Shown: piece by piece, positions 12,001 to 19,371 of the stretch | Layout: every line of letters starts with the position of its first letter | How positions within the stretch are numbered: the first letter of the stretch is position 1 | Source: a virus | Taxonomy: Duplodnaviria; Caudoviricetes | Strand: one strand, 5' to 3' | Virus record (IMG/VR): IMGVR_UViG_3300030708_001013 | Span: 1 to 53,600 of that record | Length of the DNA stretch: 53,600 nucleotides | Position numbers and translations under genes: made by a program | Notes under the pieces: generated by a model | Seen by the model: the letters and a program-made list of their open reading frames with translations, nothing else | Told to the model about the DNA's origin: nothing | Database searches by the model: none

Positions 12001-12787
12001 ACCAAACAGCAGCATAATCTCCAAGCATAGCACCTGCTGATGTTAATACAATACCAGCAAGTAAAGCGGGTATACCTACTACAGGTATTGCTGCTGCTGC
12101 TGCAGCACCACCTGCACCAAGTACACCTATACCTGCTACTCTTGCAAATATATTTTTTTCTGTAGGATCAATTGCTCTTTGTATATTTTCTCCTGCAGTT
12201 CTATCTCCTTTTCTTTGAGCTAATCTATAAGCAGTAGCTTCATCTAATACATAAGAATAACCTTCAGGACTTTGTAATTTTTCTCTTAATGTATCTACTT
12301 GAGATGTTTGAGATCTGTTATCTGTTATACTTATAGATGGATATTTAATACCAAAATAGTTTTCTACTTCTTCAGTAGAATATGGACTAGAGTAACCTAC
12401 TTCAAATGTTCCATCTTCTTTATATGCACCACCTATATTACCATCAGCACCATTATAAATAGAATCTGTAGTAAATTCTATATGACTTGGCTTACGATAT
12501 TTAGGACTTAATCTAGTAGATCTTACAGGACTACCAAAGGTTTCTTTATATAAACCTCTATAATCATAAATACTTTCATCTAACTCTGGTACAAATCGTT
12601 TCCAATTTTGATAATCTTGTTCCTCATCATCTGTTAGTTCGGTATTATAATCATTAGTATAATCTCTTGTGGATTCATCAAATAATGCTTTTCTTGCTTC
12701 ATTAAGTGCAGCTAATTCTTCAAAAATAAAATCTTCTTGAGTTCTTTGATTGTCTACACCTTCTTCGAGTGGGTTGTCATTAATCAT
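1..12787 (-). CDS. Giant virion/ejection polyvalent protein with two-barrel RNA polymerase (N-terminal ~4,262 aa; continues at 53572..50691, ~5,222 aa total)
   Basis: ATG at 12787 (MINDNPLEEGVDNQRTQEDF...). The ORF track reports no minus-strand ORF here, as expected if the frame runs off the window edge without a stop. Segments translated by hand at 12100, 9800, 7414, 6271, 5650, 4000, 2926, 1615 and 28 read as open protein, and those with codon positions checked share one frame. It lies at the end of the virion operon. Confidence 0.92.
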   Translation of the reverse strand, partial: MINDNPLEEGVDNQRTQEDFIFEELAALNEARKALFDESTRDYTNDYNTELTDDEEQDYQNWKRFVPELDESIYDYRGLYKETFGSPVRSTRLSPKYRKPSHIEFTTDSIYNGADGNIGGAYKEDGTFEVGYSSPYSTEEVENYFGIKYPSISITDNRSQTSQVDTLREKLQSPEGYSYVLDEATAYRLAQRKGDRTAGENIQRAIDPTEKNIFARVAGIGVLGAGGAAAAAAIPVVGIPALLAGIVLTSAGAMLGDYAAVWWSQRDEREIEETLLRLDADDYVDPMEREAAEKKVASWYNDTLIEKYRGNTWGGTVADVFLESLPYMASFLAPGRALAGSVKPLEKGISNKIASILESSKDGKTVRGLYTQLKGGKEVINVASPFKITKEQSKEILRKVRKLDAKGQKIPAVTRNQMYRNLMEEAYHKNVSTFIKSKGARLGIAGPGSLLIQQPKVFSDLKNEELESVYVEDGKFKFDKFTGADIAKKEAQAVLAILVETVGFDLASKLFKNIGVHKLLKPVKDSVVKSKAYKTLGGPAIAKTTKDFFDNNTIGKSLSGKTQLMKDFKQISQYGSIFEEAAEEWIEMTTSAILGLDSDERKAQGMSYAENLVDKAFFPVLHPKEASAILTAVGIIPAGAGVVSKLRGDTLQEEFSQQIDMLKNFLEFQSKGDFRTDEEAAEAFEQTEQFVKSMLDFEANKKWYQKGIVGAILRPGKQQQFLVQQGLNIDSLSDLNSIVNKRAEELAAESKTEVTEGIKEKAIRQIVSERLIVRLAENKEDAELLSNLIDSGIIKPINVITTDTRTRTTKDKTGQTTIEERQFTTNVFKIDAKKRKELEKDKELGATYKRLFSGLNLINITKTNKQAEALINRKIKSGEFKRSNDAYIKEYNNALANPNEYKKQGYKSKKEYIEAKRKAAIDFLEKELRLFDELEKTQQGQVSVASLANSRKRIRSQLENFVDTMIKKLAEQPDTEIFIGETIAVEQAAGGRTAGGIFQATNVDNKIILTPSISLGGDSAARVLEEESLELNLKKLMSGRALISFTAEKNLKSIRSKLTTISKYKYKGKPTKKAIKAQKILDYLNTYSQDSRGDFELFISLVQNRYGSQDSRENDLENDLFDLITDKQKNDFNVAVLQNFSGEVKNNLIKEMSTSDLKIAEEIEKDIGSTGKRAVERFIETKSDTPAKKLKRMSKKIREAKQEAIEEVKQKVITARSETERFIAIEVLKILESEAYDDKSNVERKRKRALKKLHMMYPDMTYSFLPNENSPEGDQEIEQLESTSSDMEFDSTHGDRFLKGKIQQQIIAASNRRTGTINIIRLKDADWFIDAISSEEKYKEFKEGTHATSLERLIQKIAQTNSLEDMRSFHRKNISNHVQRYFKKLGDKLQMSNLVLPFEEMYDSVLDVHDNPDLKLEHYEKLLPIVDKNIEDLTSLEIVIILSVVEENTGIPISKLADINLERNNSIVRRIMTLTSEDLEISVSKTGKKRPAKRSKLKDAILHGAAVDKKIDNRTVTVFGFPEKDGIPEGILYSVMKSDISEFTSNPMFTNVEKSQKSAIRGDSHFDFIIDKLYKSLNIPEELDKDIKQRFVMFLDGVEFENLDVANMSGVEIASIIEEIFDNEIIGNINKNLKDKNLYYHHMGRFGEKGAAPFVLMEYYGTKKSNLLNAAKKALALLPKNKDAKKLFVDPVKLIESYPDKNLTKKEIMEAHYAINDIILMNAMHGDISNYMLSDKKTKDMSEDQKLAANFLNIIARQSQILTDGMRYRGSLNVIQIEDIPGITDSGGDAFDGQAMLTNDKLIEIADDMEIKDTDTLKAHISTSTPGDRTLIKVNWINMDLAGDSNPVMSKLKSYIDTWNKNNPDNKIEAIVFPSGAKLSRLENTNWENNEDPKIIKYEENDNLIVSQDLHHSNNSNHDGQIPSQRQAHFNGLNIEHNVKLGETQRVYLNNGLKAVKLRNEAALSRFDEAELKVIINETSSPALQEAYALGLDVENDPRFVQEILNIKLSQAKKLLAHKGKRLATQTMGQADLQLTPYEEVTDKNGNNLIKLARINVNIVGGRYETRTDFNGEPFGSLEDAIDFIKKYPSIFADMFWVKEDGTPDINHVLEHEIEKRNGSYIIPGEIIDRTRVPSGAYASHSFNRLKNPVSDKYSETNVAVPEDGIRIAMGEDLDGDKGFSLVLARKVKNLKNGMYKLVDGNFVVVNPKGVFNLEFVFKSKSKGKDLQDTLENKALLLEHIMWINADTFEYYNVKGDIPKDAFDSVINRESDPIYEDLKFGSIAGRENSIDINLVRNKVIGIIAVHNAFYSNTNSIDIDPFGSSALLSDAIDIPERITLRLKDKDITINEPIIKGNRANIQSRTSYRSTKSIFDIFLNQALDDHKDPRLFFANINADTAPILAALLFSNINNNDIPSNNDAVKDSLAGADAKTLIEFLKSDHIKLFNELLRVRRSTKKMVNGGINKENKNPFYTHKKFFPEEELDILIEKVIKDKNLFSYLKTKADLETEILRLKLLLKSHKKFSKAALRGIRNLNATHKSVVGKDNLIRIMQSRNAVSDVTSGINPLAEHSDNVINEYIKIGLDNIPALDKLISKDLLNILVRQYETDEKSTSYFYSLIELFTDEFGESDRGLLGIYLEVNEVLNVFNILQSLYESNGGKGIVKGTWIRKQRQAAVELLEKKSTSKLLKKLTVSKSGFIQLDNRTRSKDLTQTEILFLRESFDNLSKEEKIALSTVLFLDHRLKNSTWTGSYAQFITPDILEVINSKSKEVTAKAYETNEINSEELFNILVAIDINPKLQAEQDKAEDPVRLKRLSKPTAISTLNKYNEDYKKQSKIEAEKVKERRKKEEEKYDDLVEQSKERLPEEKPKKLTVQEKATKEIRNYSNPSALKHVPKEQVKTQIATQFIGQGKENSSTDKYRKMYDELFGLANTGNYTAEDIIMISSNGKRRDRYDPIVDGILQGEYKNIDKAIEAGSTFVMDTADHLKRYSYNLGEEQIAAYLENNGYERIAKSGSQSGIFKKQTDKKHTVTPKKTPANKISVSDIMLELVNLGGYYRDLGIDIRAVATGDIVQRYPDKSIRVNHQQLAENFINDNTDNIKFDNAVQYGQYVLQKFLLKEAGNKDIKKQALKNINFIPKKIDPDLTASFIQEDRINLELIDLANQLVAEGKTEDQIFAETGLYRFTKDGGWRLEIDDSKVVFRYNGILPTRRNIKLGDLIKHPVLFKAYPELKDLMVRFRSDKDKNTNATLGSYQSAYKGRPAEIVIYDGPKFMRAFSEPFLETFFHELQHAIQDHSNIPKTETGSNLQASHNETMRTILDNVIIILKILESSPNVSLKNKQEMFGNQTGERDTEFIKKNAIDMMLKGFPTDGVKNALMEYDSVSGWEDEFFSTFAQLVASAFRYRTPIHQSQKDFQFYTYVTNIGEIESNIAGARALLSRNQRRKIHPKETATNYYRKHTQEQITWHSLKMGDQETLDEYIARVGKIPTFPLLSQHLERIDLSDKLKNISNSEMTASMIVQSELINDNVLKTLEKYGFEISDADTLFIDIVNKKIALDELDIEQVAIALAETISFMMQRKYSIDLLNDDKFKKSPAYKNYLAKQPNKSKKSRIEAVRLMFKDLLQKGYEEKLLDEYNEVRTQAEEARRIALDIATGIKSLDMSMLEPLIENVINKTFSGEDFIRTLPIEDRVQVGFQDAFDESPLAKDIMNSIGTDENIFLTGSIVLATQGTVYRKPGGLVHDLDFISNYNTPKESSDKLLKEFPGTILAYNFLPPGQDSYVETYLVPPKGYTIDRVKRHPRTGKILSYRLIDKDKKVVGRYLLSYVDDAKGKPTYGNEDQAFDGPANLQPISVDFFTSMSGDKLSTNKIQDVAFMNNEGETILVSVSTPDRVMDAKLMMSRIKDIFDYNRYILFDRLPNAKLEDTNIPYSVDKRLNIRNSIRNNGHLSNKQIIYNDLADRLINSGIEIDKVNGSEIHYNTIYGKIKKIEKDKLYSIDNNTYIKEPDIDTLALKALVKAEKVIMKFKNIGKLPGDIQSMLYMSVLNDTIDNKILNEIDKLNYQKAVDLIVDLQITSNKQLIKSILEFDSLKDTVDKISINKSPNVFTQLNRMDSGYSEQEVREYLLNVEFYFKLLDQDIDIQKIFGTIQDQMDVLKEVEKTNDMEMLGVVKKAIRLTNGVPTKYQLNNNTVDERIVPGEITQSMLIMDRALDLVPITPDNQYGAIRNVVSPKTLMQNSLLFGTRQGRELIRYGRANKAYI
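1040..1690 (-). other. Pol-beta superfamily nucleotidyltransferase-like domain within the giant ORF
   Basis: IFLTGSIVLATQGTVYRKPGGLVHDLDFI (GS...DxD) and C-terminal DAKLMMSRIKDIFDY (K...RxKDxxD). Confidence 0.7.
2420..3330 (-). other. LPD23-like domain with HExxH zincin motif within the giant ORF
   Basis: IFAETGLYRFTKDGGWRLEIDD, KLGDLIKHPVLFKAYPEL, FFHELQHAIQ (H at 2926) and YVTNIGEIESNIAGAR...RRKIHP match the LPD23-associated metallopeptidase pattern. Confidence 0.8.
5560..7690 (-). other. Double-psi beta-barrel (crAss/phi14:2 gp66-like) RNA polymerase core within the giant ORF
   Basis: Ordered motifs: NAMHGDISNY, ARQSQILTDG, DAFDGQAML (D at 7414), LKAH...LIKVNW, RTRVPS, NVAVPEDGIRIAMGEDLDGDK (first Asp at 6271, about residue 2173), NKVIGIIAVHNAFY, FLNQALDDHKDPRLFFANIN. 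Confidence 0.88.
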
Positions 12788-12795
12788 TTATTTTC

Positions 12796-14847
12796 CTATT
12801 TTTTTTTAACTAAATAACCTTCTAAAGCATCAGACATGCCGCCTGCTGATATTGTGTCTAATAAAGTATTTCTGGTTCTTCTATTACTAATACCATTAAT
12901 TTTTTCTAAAGTTTTATCCCAATCTACATTTTTAATTAAATTTAATATTTTTTGTTTCTTTGCATTAGTTTTGTCTATTCCTCTTGCTTTTTTTGTACTC
13001 ATATTAGTTGTATCTGTTAACTTATTTATATCTAAATATACTTTTTCTATATCATTAATTGATACTTTTTCATCATCATTATCATCATCTTCACTTACGA
13101 ATGTTATTTCTTTATTAATATTTTTAACTTGAATATTAAATTTGTTAAATAAATCTTCGATTGCTTGTTTCGATCCTGCATCTTTATTTCTGCCAGCAAA
13201 GTTACCTAATTGTTCATTTATTATTCTGTATAAATCTATATTTTGTTGTTGAAGTTGTTGAACTAATTCAGGATTTTTTTCTATACTTAATTGATCTAAT
13301 CTTTCATCATTTTGTTTTATAACTTTTAATGCACCAGTAATGTATGCATTTCCTATTTTAACTGCTTCATCTACATCTTTAGATGTATCTAATGCTCTTT
13401 GAAGAGTTGCAGCAAATTGTTGACTTTTAATAAAGCTTTCAAATTCAGGATTATTAGCAGCATCAAAATTATCATCAAGAATTTGTTCTGTGAATGATGC
13501 TCCAGTAGCTTCTACTCGAGCAGATGTAAGACCAGTTTGTGCTGTAAATTGTTCTGTTTGATCTTCTATTCTAGTTTTTTCAGCTACTGCATTACTAAAT
13601 ATTCTATTTAAATTAGATCTTCCTTGTCTACTTGTGCTTTCATTAATACTTCTCATATCATTTAAAGAATTAAGAACAGCAACTCTTTGGCTAGGAGTAA
13701 TATCAACATCAAGATTAATTCCATATGTATTTGCTAAATCTAAAGCTTCTTGTGCAATAACATTAGTACGTTGTCTATTTGCAGTCATACTTGTGTCAGC
13801 AGCTCTAGAATTTATTATTTGAGATAAAGATCCACCTTCACTATCTGGTAATCCTCCTGATCCTGGAGCAAGGGGTCCTCTTCTTCTTATACCTTCTCTT
13901 GATTGTAATCCTTTTAATGTAGGAGCCATTACTATTCTATCTGTACCAAGTATTTTATTACCATCTTCATCTGTATCAAATATAACTCTACTTGTCATTC
14001 CTGCATCAGTTTGTTCTGCTGCTAGTTGTCTTAACCTTTTTGCTTCTTGTGCGTCCTTATACATTTCTAATTGTGACTTTGGTATATATGCTTTATAAGC
14101 TGTTTCAGTTTCTAAACCTTTTCCTGTAAATTGTTGTACTGGTAAAACGCCAGTCATTTTTATTTCTGTTCCATCGTCAGCTGTTTGTTTTTTTATTTTT
14201 TCTGTAGAGTATGTCCCCATATCTACAACAGGAACTCTTTCTCCTTTTTTATTTAAAGTTCCCATTTGTTTCATAATATCTCTTGTTTCTAGTTCTTGAC
14301 CAACGGTTCCATATTGCATTTCTTGTATACCTTCAGAAGTTTTAAATTTTTTTGTTAAAGGAACATTTTTTAAAGATTCATAATCTAAACCTCTTTCTAT
14401 TTCTGCATCTGTTTTTGATCTTGTTGATAGTGGCGTTGTTGGTATTTCTAATGGAGCAAATGGTTCTGGCTCTTTATATGTTGAAGTAAATTTGGGAGCA
14501 TTTGGTACATTTAATCCAGATATAAAATTTTCATTAGAAGCTTTTAACATTCCACTACCAGTAGCTCCTTTTATTGCTGCATTTGATATATTTAAAGCTT
14601 TTTTTATTTCTGTGTCATTTAAATAAGTTGGCTCAACTCCTGCAATTTGTCCACTAACCGCTCTGTCATAACCACTATAACTAGTATAATTACCGCCTCC
14701 AACAGTAGGTAATCCAAAATTTGCGTCAGCAGATACACTATTAGTAAGTTCTTGATTTTTAGCAGGACCAAAAGAAAATTCTCTTGTTAATCCATCATCT
14801 ACTTTTTCTTCTTTTTTATTATTTTTAAAAAATCTATCTCTTGACAT
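12796..14847 (-). CDS. Putative internal virion/ejection protein (683 aa)
   Basis: Long ORF with RBS GGAG, immediately upstream of the giant gene. Q/A-rich helical composition, no enzymatic motif. Function inferred from position. Confidence 0.6.
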   Translation of the reverse strand: MSRDRFFKNNKKEEKVDDGLTREFSFGPAKNQELTNSVSADANFGLPTVGGGNYTSYSGYDRAVSGQIAGVEPTYLNDTEIKKALNISNAAIKGATGSGMLKASNENFISGLNVPNAPKFTSTYKEPEPFAPLEIPTTPLSTRSKTDAEIERGLDYESLKNVPLTKKFKTSEGIQEMQYGTVGQELETRDIMKQMGTLNKKGERVPVVDMGTYSTEKIKKQTADDGTEIKMTGVLPVQQFTGKGLETETAYKAYIPKSQLEMYKDAQEAKRLRQLAAEQTDAGMTSRVIFDTDEDGNKILGTDRIVMAPTLKGLQSREGIRRRGPLAPGSGGLPDSEGGSLSQIINSRAADTSMTANRQRTNVIAQEALDLANTYGINLDVDITPSQRVAVLNSLNDMRSINESTSRQGRSNLNRIFSNAVAEKTRIEDQTEQFTAQTGLTSARVEATGASFTEQILDDNFDAANNPEFESFIKSQQFAATLQRALDTSKDVDEAVKIGNAYITGALKVIKQNDERLDQLSIEKNPELVQQLQQQNIDLYRIINEQLGNFAGRNKDAGSKQAIEDLFNKFNIQVKNINKEITFVSEDDDNDDEKVSINDIEKVYLDINKLTDTTNMSTKKARGIDKTNAKKQKILNLIKNVDWDKTLEKINGISNRRTRNTLLDTISAGGMSDALEGYLVKKK

Positions 14848-14856
14848 GCCTATCTC

Positions 14857-15564
14857 CTATACTATAAACGGCTTTACTGCTGGCTGTGCAGATATATCAC
14901 GATTTATAAATCCTCTATATGCTTTTACTTTTAATTTATTCAAAAACTCTAAATATAACTTATAATGAATTTGTCCTAAATTAGGTTCTGAATATGGTTT
15001 ACCTGTATCATTTAGAAACTGATACTTAACGTAGTTGATTACAGCTTCTCTGAACTCATGTAGATACATATCATCTATCATACCTACCTCTGTAGTACTA
15101 ACTGCTGTTAATAATTCAAAGCCATAAGTTTTTGTTATAGTGCTTTCGCTATAAAGTCTTAACTTCTTTATATAATTAGTTGTTGTAGATGCGTCATATA
15201 TTTCTTCAATACAATAAGAGTTTGGACTAACTAAACTTCTTGATTTAACTTTTGATTGTATTTCTTGTGCATTTCCAGGTGTACTATAAAACTCATTTAC
15301 TCTATATAAATTAACAAATCTAATTGTTTCTATATCAGTAAGAGTGTGTGCAAATGATACGCCAGATTGTCCTAGCTCTATATGATATAAATGTTCTCCA
15401 GCAGTTTCATTTATATATCTAGGTAATACTAGTACTCCAGATTCTACAAATATATGTTTAATTGCTAGGTTTGATCTATAATCTATTAGCTGTGCAGGTA
15501 TTTGACCACCTGCTTTTAACCCTAATATAACTTCAGTTTTTACATCATCTAATGAGAAAGCCAT
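14857..15564 (-). CDS. Putative head-tail adaptor/connector protein
   Basis: 235 aa. The C-terminal EAVINYVKYQFL...PYSEPNLG..HY..Y pattern resembles podovirus adaptor proteins; position in the structural operon agrees. Confidence 0.55.
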   Translation of the reverse strand: MAFSLDDVKTEVILGLKAGGQIPAQLIDYRSNLAIKHIFVESGVLVLPRYINETAGEHLYHIELGQSGVSFAHTLTDIETIRFVNLYRVNEFYSTPGNAQEIQSKVKSRSLVSPNSYCIEEIYDASTTTNYIKKLRLYSESTITKTYGFELLTAVSTTEVGMIDDMYLHEFREAVINYVKYQFLNDTGKPYSEPNLGQIHYKLYLEFLNKLKVKAYRGFINRDISAQPAVKPFIV

Positions 15565-15591
15565 AATTTTTCCTTGATTTTTATATCAGGG

Positions 15592-15620
15592 ATAGTATGA
15601 CGTATTATTTTTTGTGTCAA
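15592..15620 (-). promoter_or_regulatory. Sigma70-like promoter for adaptor/ejection genes
   Basis: Minus strand TTGACA (15620-15615), 17-nt spacer, TACTAT (15597-15592), about 28 nt before the ATG at 15564. Confidence 0.65.
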
Positions 15621-17377
15621 TAGCTAGATAAACTTTCTATTTCTTTCTTTAATTCTAATATTTCTGGGTCTTTAAAACATTTAATAATATACTTATTATC
15701 CTTAAAAGATTTCCACCTATTAAGTACATCCATTTGTTTAGCATTTCCATCTGCATATGTTAATAAATCAAAAGAAGAACCGCCTCCATAATTAAGACAT
15801 TTATCTAAACAATCTTCATTTCTGTTAGATAGTTTTAGTTTATCAAATAATATATTTCTATAATTTTTATTAGATATAAATCTATCATAATAAACTATAT
15901 GTTTATAATTATCTTTATATTGTATACATTTTTTTGCATAATCAATCCATGTTGTTAGATTAACTTCTAATTGTTTATCCATATCATTTAAATCATCTCT
16001 AAATTTAATATCTAATTTAGCTGCACTGCATATATAATTTTCTGGACTTCTTAATAATAATATAGATTGATTAAAATCAGAATAAATAAACTTTAAATAT
16101 GGAGATACATCTGGATATTCTAAATTTACATGTTCCCATTTATATAAAATAATCTTTTTATTAGTAGTATTAATTGGATTATAATTAAAATTATTTTCCC
16201 ACTTACCTTTTCTAATTAAATTTTTATAATCAACTTTATATCTAGGTAAGTTTATTGCATTTAAATAATATACATCTCCATCTAATTGACTATATATCCA
16301 ATTTAAAAATATATTACTACCACTTCTTTTTAATGTAGTAATTGCATATTGTTTATCTGTAAATAAATTATCTTTATATTCAGTATTAACTCCAGGTTTA
16401 TATATTTTATATACTCGAAAGTAAGAAGGTTTTTCACAATTATTTTGTATATTATGATACTTAATATAATCATCAAGTTGAAGATTAGTATTTAATTTAT
16501 AATTTATTTTAGGTATTTGTTTTTCTACTTCTTTAAAAATTTTTAAATCTTTTTTATTAGATTTTAGTACAGATAATAATTTACTATATAATATATTAGA
16601 TATAGGAAACATTTTTAATAAAGATAAATTATTATAATAATGATCATATTTAATAAGATCTGATTTATTACATATGCTTCCTTCTTTTTTTCTACCTTCT
16701 TTTGAATCAGAAACATGATATGTTATATATTCTATTACTCTTGATGTTCCATTTGCTAACCAATTAGATATTGATAATTTTTGTTCATCCATTCCCCAAC
16801 CACTACCAATACTTAATGGTTTATTTAAAACATTAATATATCTTTTTTTAGAAAAAATATAACATGCTCCCATAACCATAGGAACTTCTTTTGGGTAAGT
16901 GTCATTAGGATTTTCAATTATTTTTTGAAATATAAATATACTTGAATCATTTTCATATTCACTAGTTTGTTGAACCATAGTAGCACCAGCTTGAATTAAC
17001 TTTTCTTTTTTAGGTCTAAATAAAGCATTTGTATAATGTAATCTAGTACATAAAATATCATTTGGATATTTGCTATGTTCTTTTATAAACTTTAAATCAA
17101 AATCTTTTTCTGGAAAAATAATATGAGCATCACAAGTTACTATTAAATTATTTGAAGCTGATATAATTCCAATATCTCTAGATTTAGATGTTCCTTGCTG
17201 AATAGGATTTTCAATTATTTTTAATTTATTTATTGGATAATCTATAAAATAATAATTAGGATTATCTTCATCAAAAACTAAAACAATTTCATTTTCATAA
17301 AACTGTTGCTTTTTAATGTTATTAATAGTTTTTTCTAAATATAATTCATTCTTTACTGGTATTACTATACTTAACAT
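15617..17377 (-). CDS. GT-A (GT2 / ppGalNAc-T-like) glycosyltransferase fused to a sulfotransferase-fold domain
   Basis: N-terminal LSIVIPVKNE, VTCDAH (DxH), MGACYIF and GWGMDEQKLS..WL. C-terminal TTLKRSGSNIFLNWI (PAPS 5'-PSB-like) and LLLRSPENYICS (3'-PB-like). Confidence 0.8.
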   Translation of the reverse strand: MLSIVIPVKNELYLEKTINNIKKQQFYENEIVLVFDEDNPNYYFIDYPINKLKIIENPIQQGTSKSRDIGIISASNNLIVTCDAHIIFPEKDFDLKFIKEHSKYPNDILCTRLHYTNALFRPKKEKLIQAGATMVQQTSEYENDSSIFIFQKIIENPNDTYPKEVPMVMGACYIFSKKRYINVLNKPLSIGSGWGMDEQKLSISNWLANGTSRVIEYITYHVSDSKEGRKKEGSICNKSDLIKYDHYYNNLSLLKMFPISNILYSKLLSVLKSNKKDLKIFKEVEKQIPKINYKLNTNLQLDDYIKYHNIQNNCEKPSYFRVYKIYKPGVNTEYKDNLFTDKQYAITTLKRSGSNIFLNWIYSQLDGDVYYLNAINLPRYKVDYKNLIRKGKWENNFNYNPINTTNKKIILYKWEHVNLEYPDVSPYLKFIYSDFNQSILLLRSPENYICSAAKLDIKFRDDLNDMDKQLEVNLTTWIDYAKKCIQYKDNYKHIVYYDRFISNKNYRNILFDKLKLSNRNEDCLDKCLNYGGGSSFDLLTYADGNAKQMDVLNRWKSFKDNKYIIKCFKDPEILELKKEIESLSSY

Positions 17378-17385
17378 TTTCTCCT

Positions 17386-19368
17386 TTAACTTCCTCCTTC
17401 TGCAGTTGTTGTAGTAGTAGTGCTTACTGCTTCATTACAAGTAATAGTATAGCTTGATGAAGCTCCTACGCTATATTCAAAAATATTATCTCTTGATACT
17501 TTTAATACAACTGAATCAGTAAAACTAGGAGAGCTTCCTCCTGAACCTGCTCCTAATGTAGATTGACCATTAGTATATTGATTGCTTCCAACTCCAACTC
17601 CTAATCCTATAATTCCTGCATTATTTTGATTTAATAAACTATTAGGACTTGATGTATAATTAGTATAATTAGATTTAGCTACACTGTTTGGTGCAAAATT
17701 ACCAGTGTATTCTAACTGTATGCCTCTGTTGGGAAGAAATTGTACAGGATCTGATAAATAATTTGGAGTAACAGTAGTACCATCTAAATCTGTTACACTT
17801 ATACTTATATTACCACTTATTACAGTAAAATCACAATCATCTTCTTCAGCAGTTGTTATATCACTAATATCGTGAAAAGTAAGACTTACATTAGAAAATG
17901 TTAATTTACTAAAATCATCATTTACAAATTGAGGAACTTGAGTCATTAACATGCTTGCATCTTCAACAGGATTAATAATTAAATTATCAATAAAAGCTAT
18001 GCCAGCATTTGATGTGCTTACTGCTCCATTAGTTACTTTTCCACTAATATCAACTTCATTCCATCCTTCATCAAAAGCAGTTTCAGTATTATCATTTTTT
18101 GTACCTAAAAATACTTGGTTAGCATCAGTTAAAGTATTTATAAATATATGATAACCAGTTATTGCTATAGGTACATTATCTGTACCTAATGATAATGTTT
18201 GTTGACCTCTAGAACTAACTACAAATCCTGAAGAATAACTACCTGAAATACTTAATTGTGCTGCAGCATATTCTAATTCAAGATCCATAAAAGTATCACC
18301 AGAACCTATACTTGAGCTAGAAATACAATCTGCTTTATATTTAGCATTAATAGATGAAAAACAATATGCAGATTTACTTTTAGTAGGAGTAGTTATAGCA
18401 TTTATAGAAGCAGCATTATTTGTTGCAAACCAATGATTTCCTCTTACATCATCATTACCAAATGGATTATTATTACCTGAACCATCTGAACCTAATCCGC
18501 AATCTGTGTCCCATCTATCAAAACTACTTAATCCTTTTTGTGCATCACAATCTGAAGTTCTAGATCTTTGATCTAATGTACCTACTGTTATATTACCTAC
18601 TGTATTATTATTACTAAATGCTTGAATAGCACCAGGAGTTCCTGTGTGTGCTATTCTAATTTTTTGAGAATGTTCTATATTAGCTAATGCTAATAGTTCT
18701 TGTATAATTAATTTATTTACTACTGGTTCTATAGCATCTCCTGCAGTAACTACTCTTAATGCATTAATGCCACTTCCTGAAGATCCTGGTCTAACAATAT
18801 TACCACTACTGTTTCTATAACTAAATCCCCATGTTACATTCCCTTCAGAATCAGTACTAATTAATCCTGCAAATTTACATAACTCATACCACCAATGATA
18901 TGATCCTTCATCTATAGTTCCACCAGAAGTATTAATTTCTGCAAAAGTTGGAAAGTCTCTATTAGTATAACTAATACCAGATCCTAAAGGATTTTCTCCT
19001 TCTTTATAAGATGGGTGTAATAGATATTGTATATTAGTAGCTGTTGTATAAACTTGTTGAAGCTTTGCAAAGTTAGCAGCTGAATTAATTGTTTCACCTG
19101 CATTAGCTGTAGCATCCATAGTAGATCCTAAAAAATTTGCACGTTCTTTTATTAAATCAATTAACTTTTGAGCATCACTTCTAATTGCCCAGCTCCATTT
19201 AGTTGTAACAGTTACTTCTCCTGTAACTGGATCTGTTGTATCATCAAGTACAAATTCTGTTGATGATCCAAGCTTTTGAAATTGTGCAGTTATTATACAA
19301 GCACCATCAGCTAATTCCCAGCCATGTGTTTTTTCTAATTTACCTAGAGTTAAGGTAGTAACGGACAT
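17386..19368 (-). CDS. Putative tail fibre / virion structural protein (S/T/G/N-rich)
   Basis: 660 aa, beta-rich S/T/G/N composition, ends in VSTTTTTTAEGGS, lies in the structural operon. Confidence 0.6.
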   Translation of the reverse strand: MSVTTLTLGKLEKTHGWELADGACIITAQFQKLGSSTEFVLDDTTDPVTGEVTVTTKWSWAIRSDAQKLIDLIKERANFLGSTMDATANAGETINSAANFAKLQQVYTTATNIQYLLHPSYKEGENPLGSGISYTNRDFPTFAEINTSGGTIDEGSYHWWYELCKFAGLISTDSEGNVTWGFSYRNSSGNIVRPGSSGSGINALRVVTAGDAIEPVVNKLIIQELLALANIEHSQKIRIAHTGTPGAIQAFSNNNTVGNITVGTLDQRSRTSDCDAQKGLSSFDRWDTDCGLGSDGSGNNNPFGNDDVRGNHWFATNNAASINAITTPTKSKSAYCFSSINAKYKADCISSSSIGSGDTFMDLELEYAAAQLSISGSYSSGFVVSSRGQQTLSLGTDNVPIAITGYHIFINTLTDANQVFLGTKNDNTETAFDEGWNEVDISGKVTNGAVSTSNAGIAFIDNLIINPVEDASMLMTQVPQFVNDDFSKLTFSNVSLTFHDISDITTAEEDDCDFTVISGNISISVTDLDGTTVTPNYLSDPVQFLPNRGIQLEYTGNFAPNSVAKSNYTNYTSSPNSLLNQNNAGIIGLGVGVGSNQYTNGQSTLGAGSGGSSPSFTDSVVLKVSRDNIFEYSVGASSSYTITCNEAVSTTTTTTAEGGS

Positions 19369-19371
19369 TGT

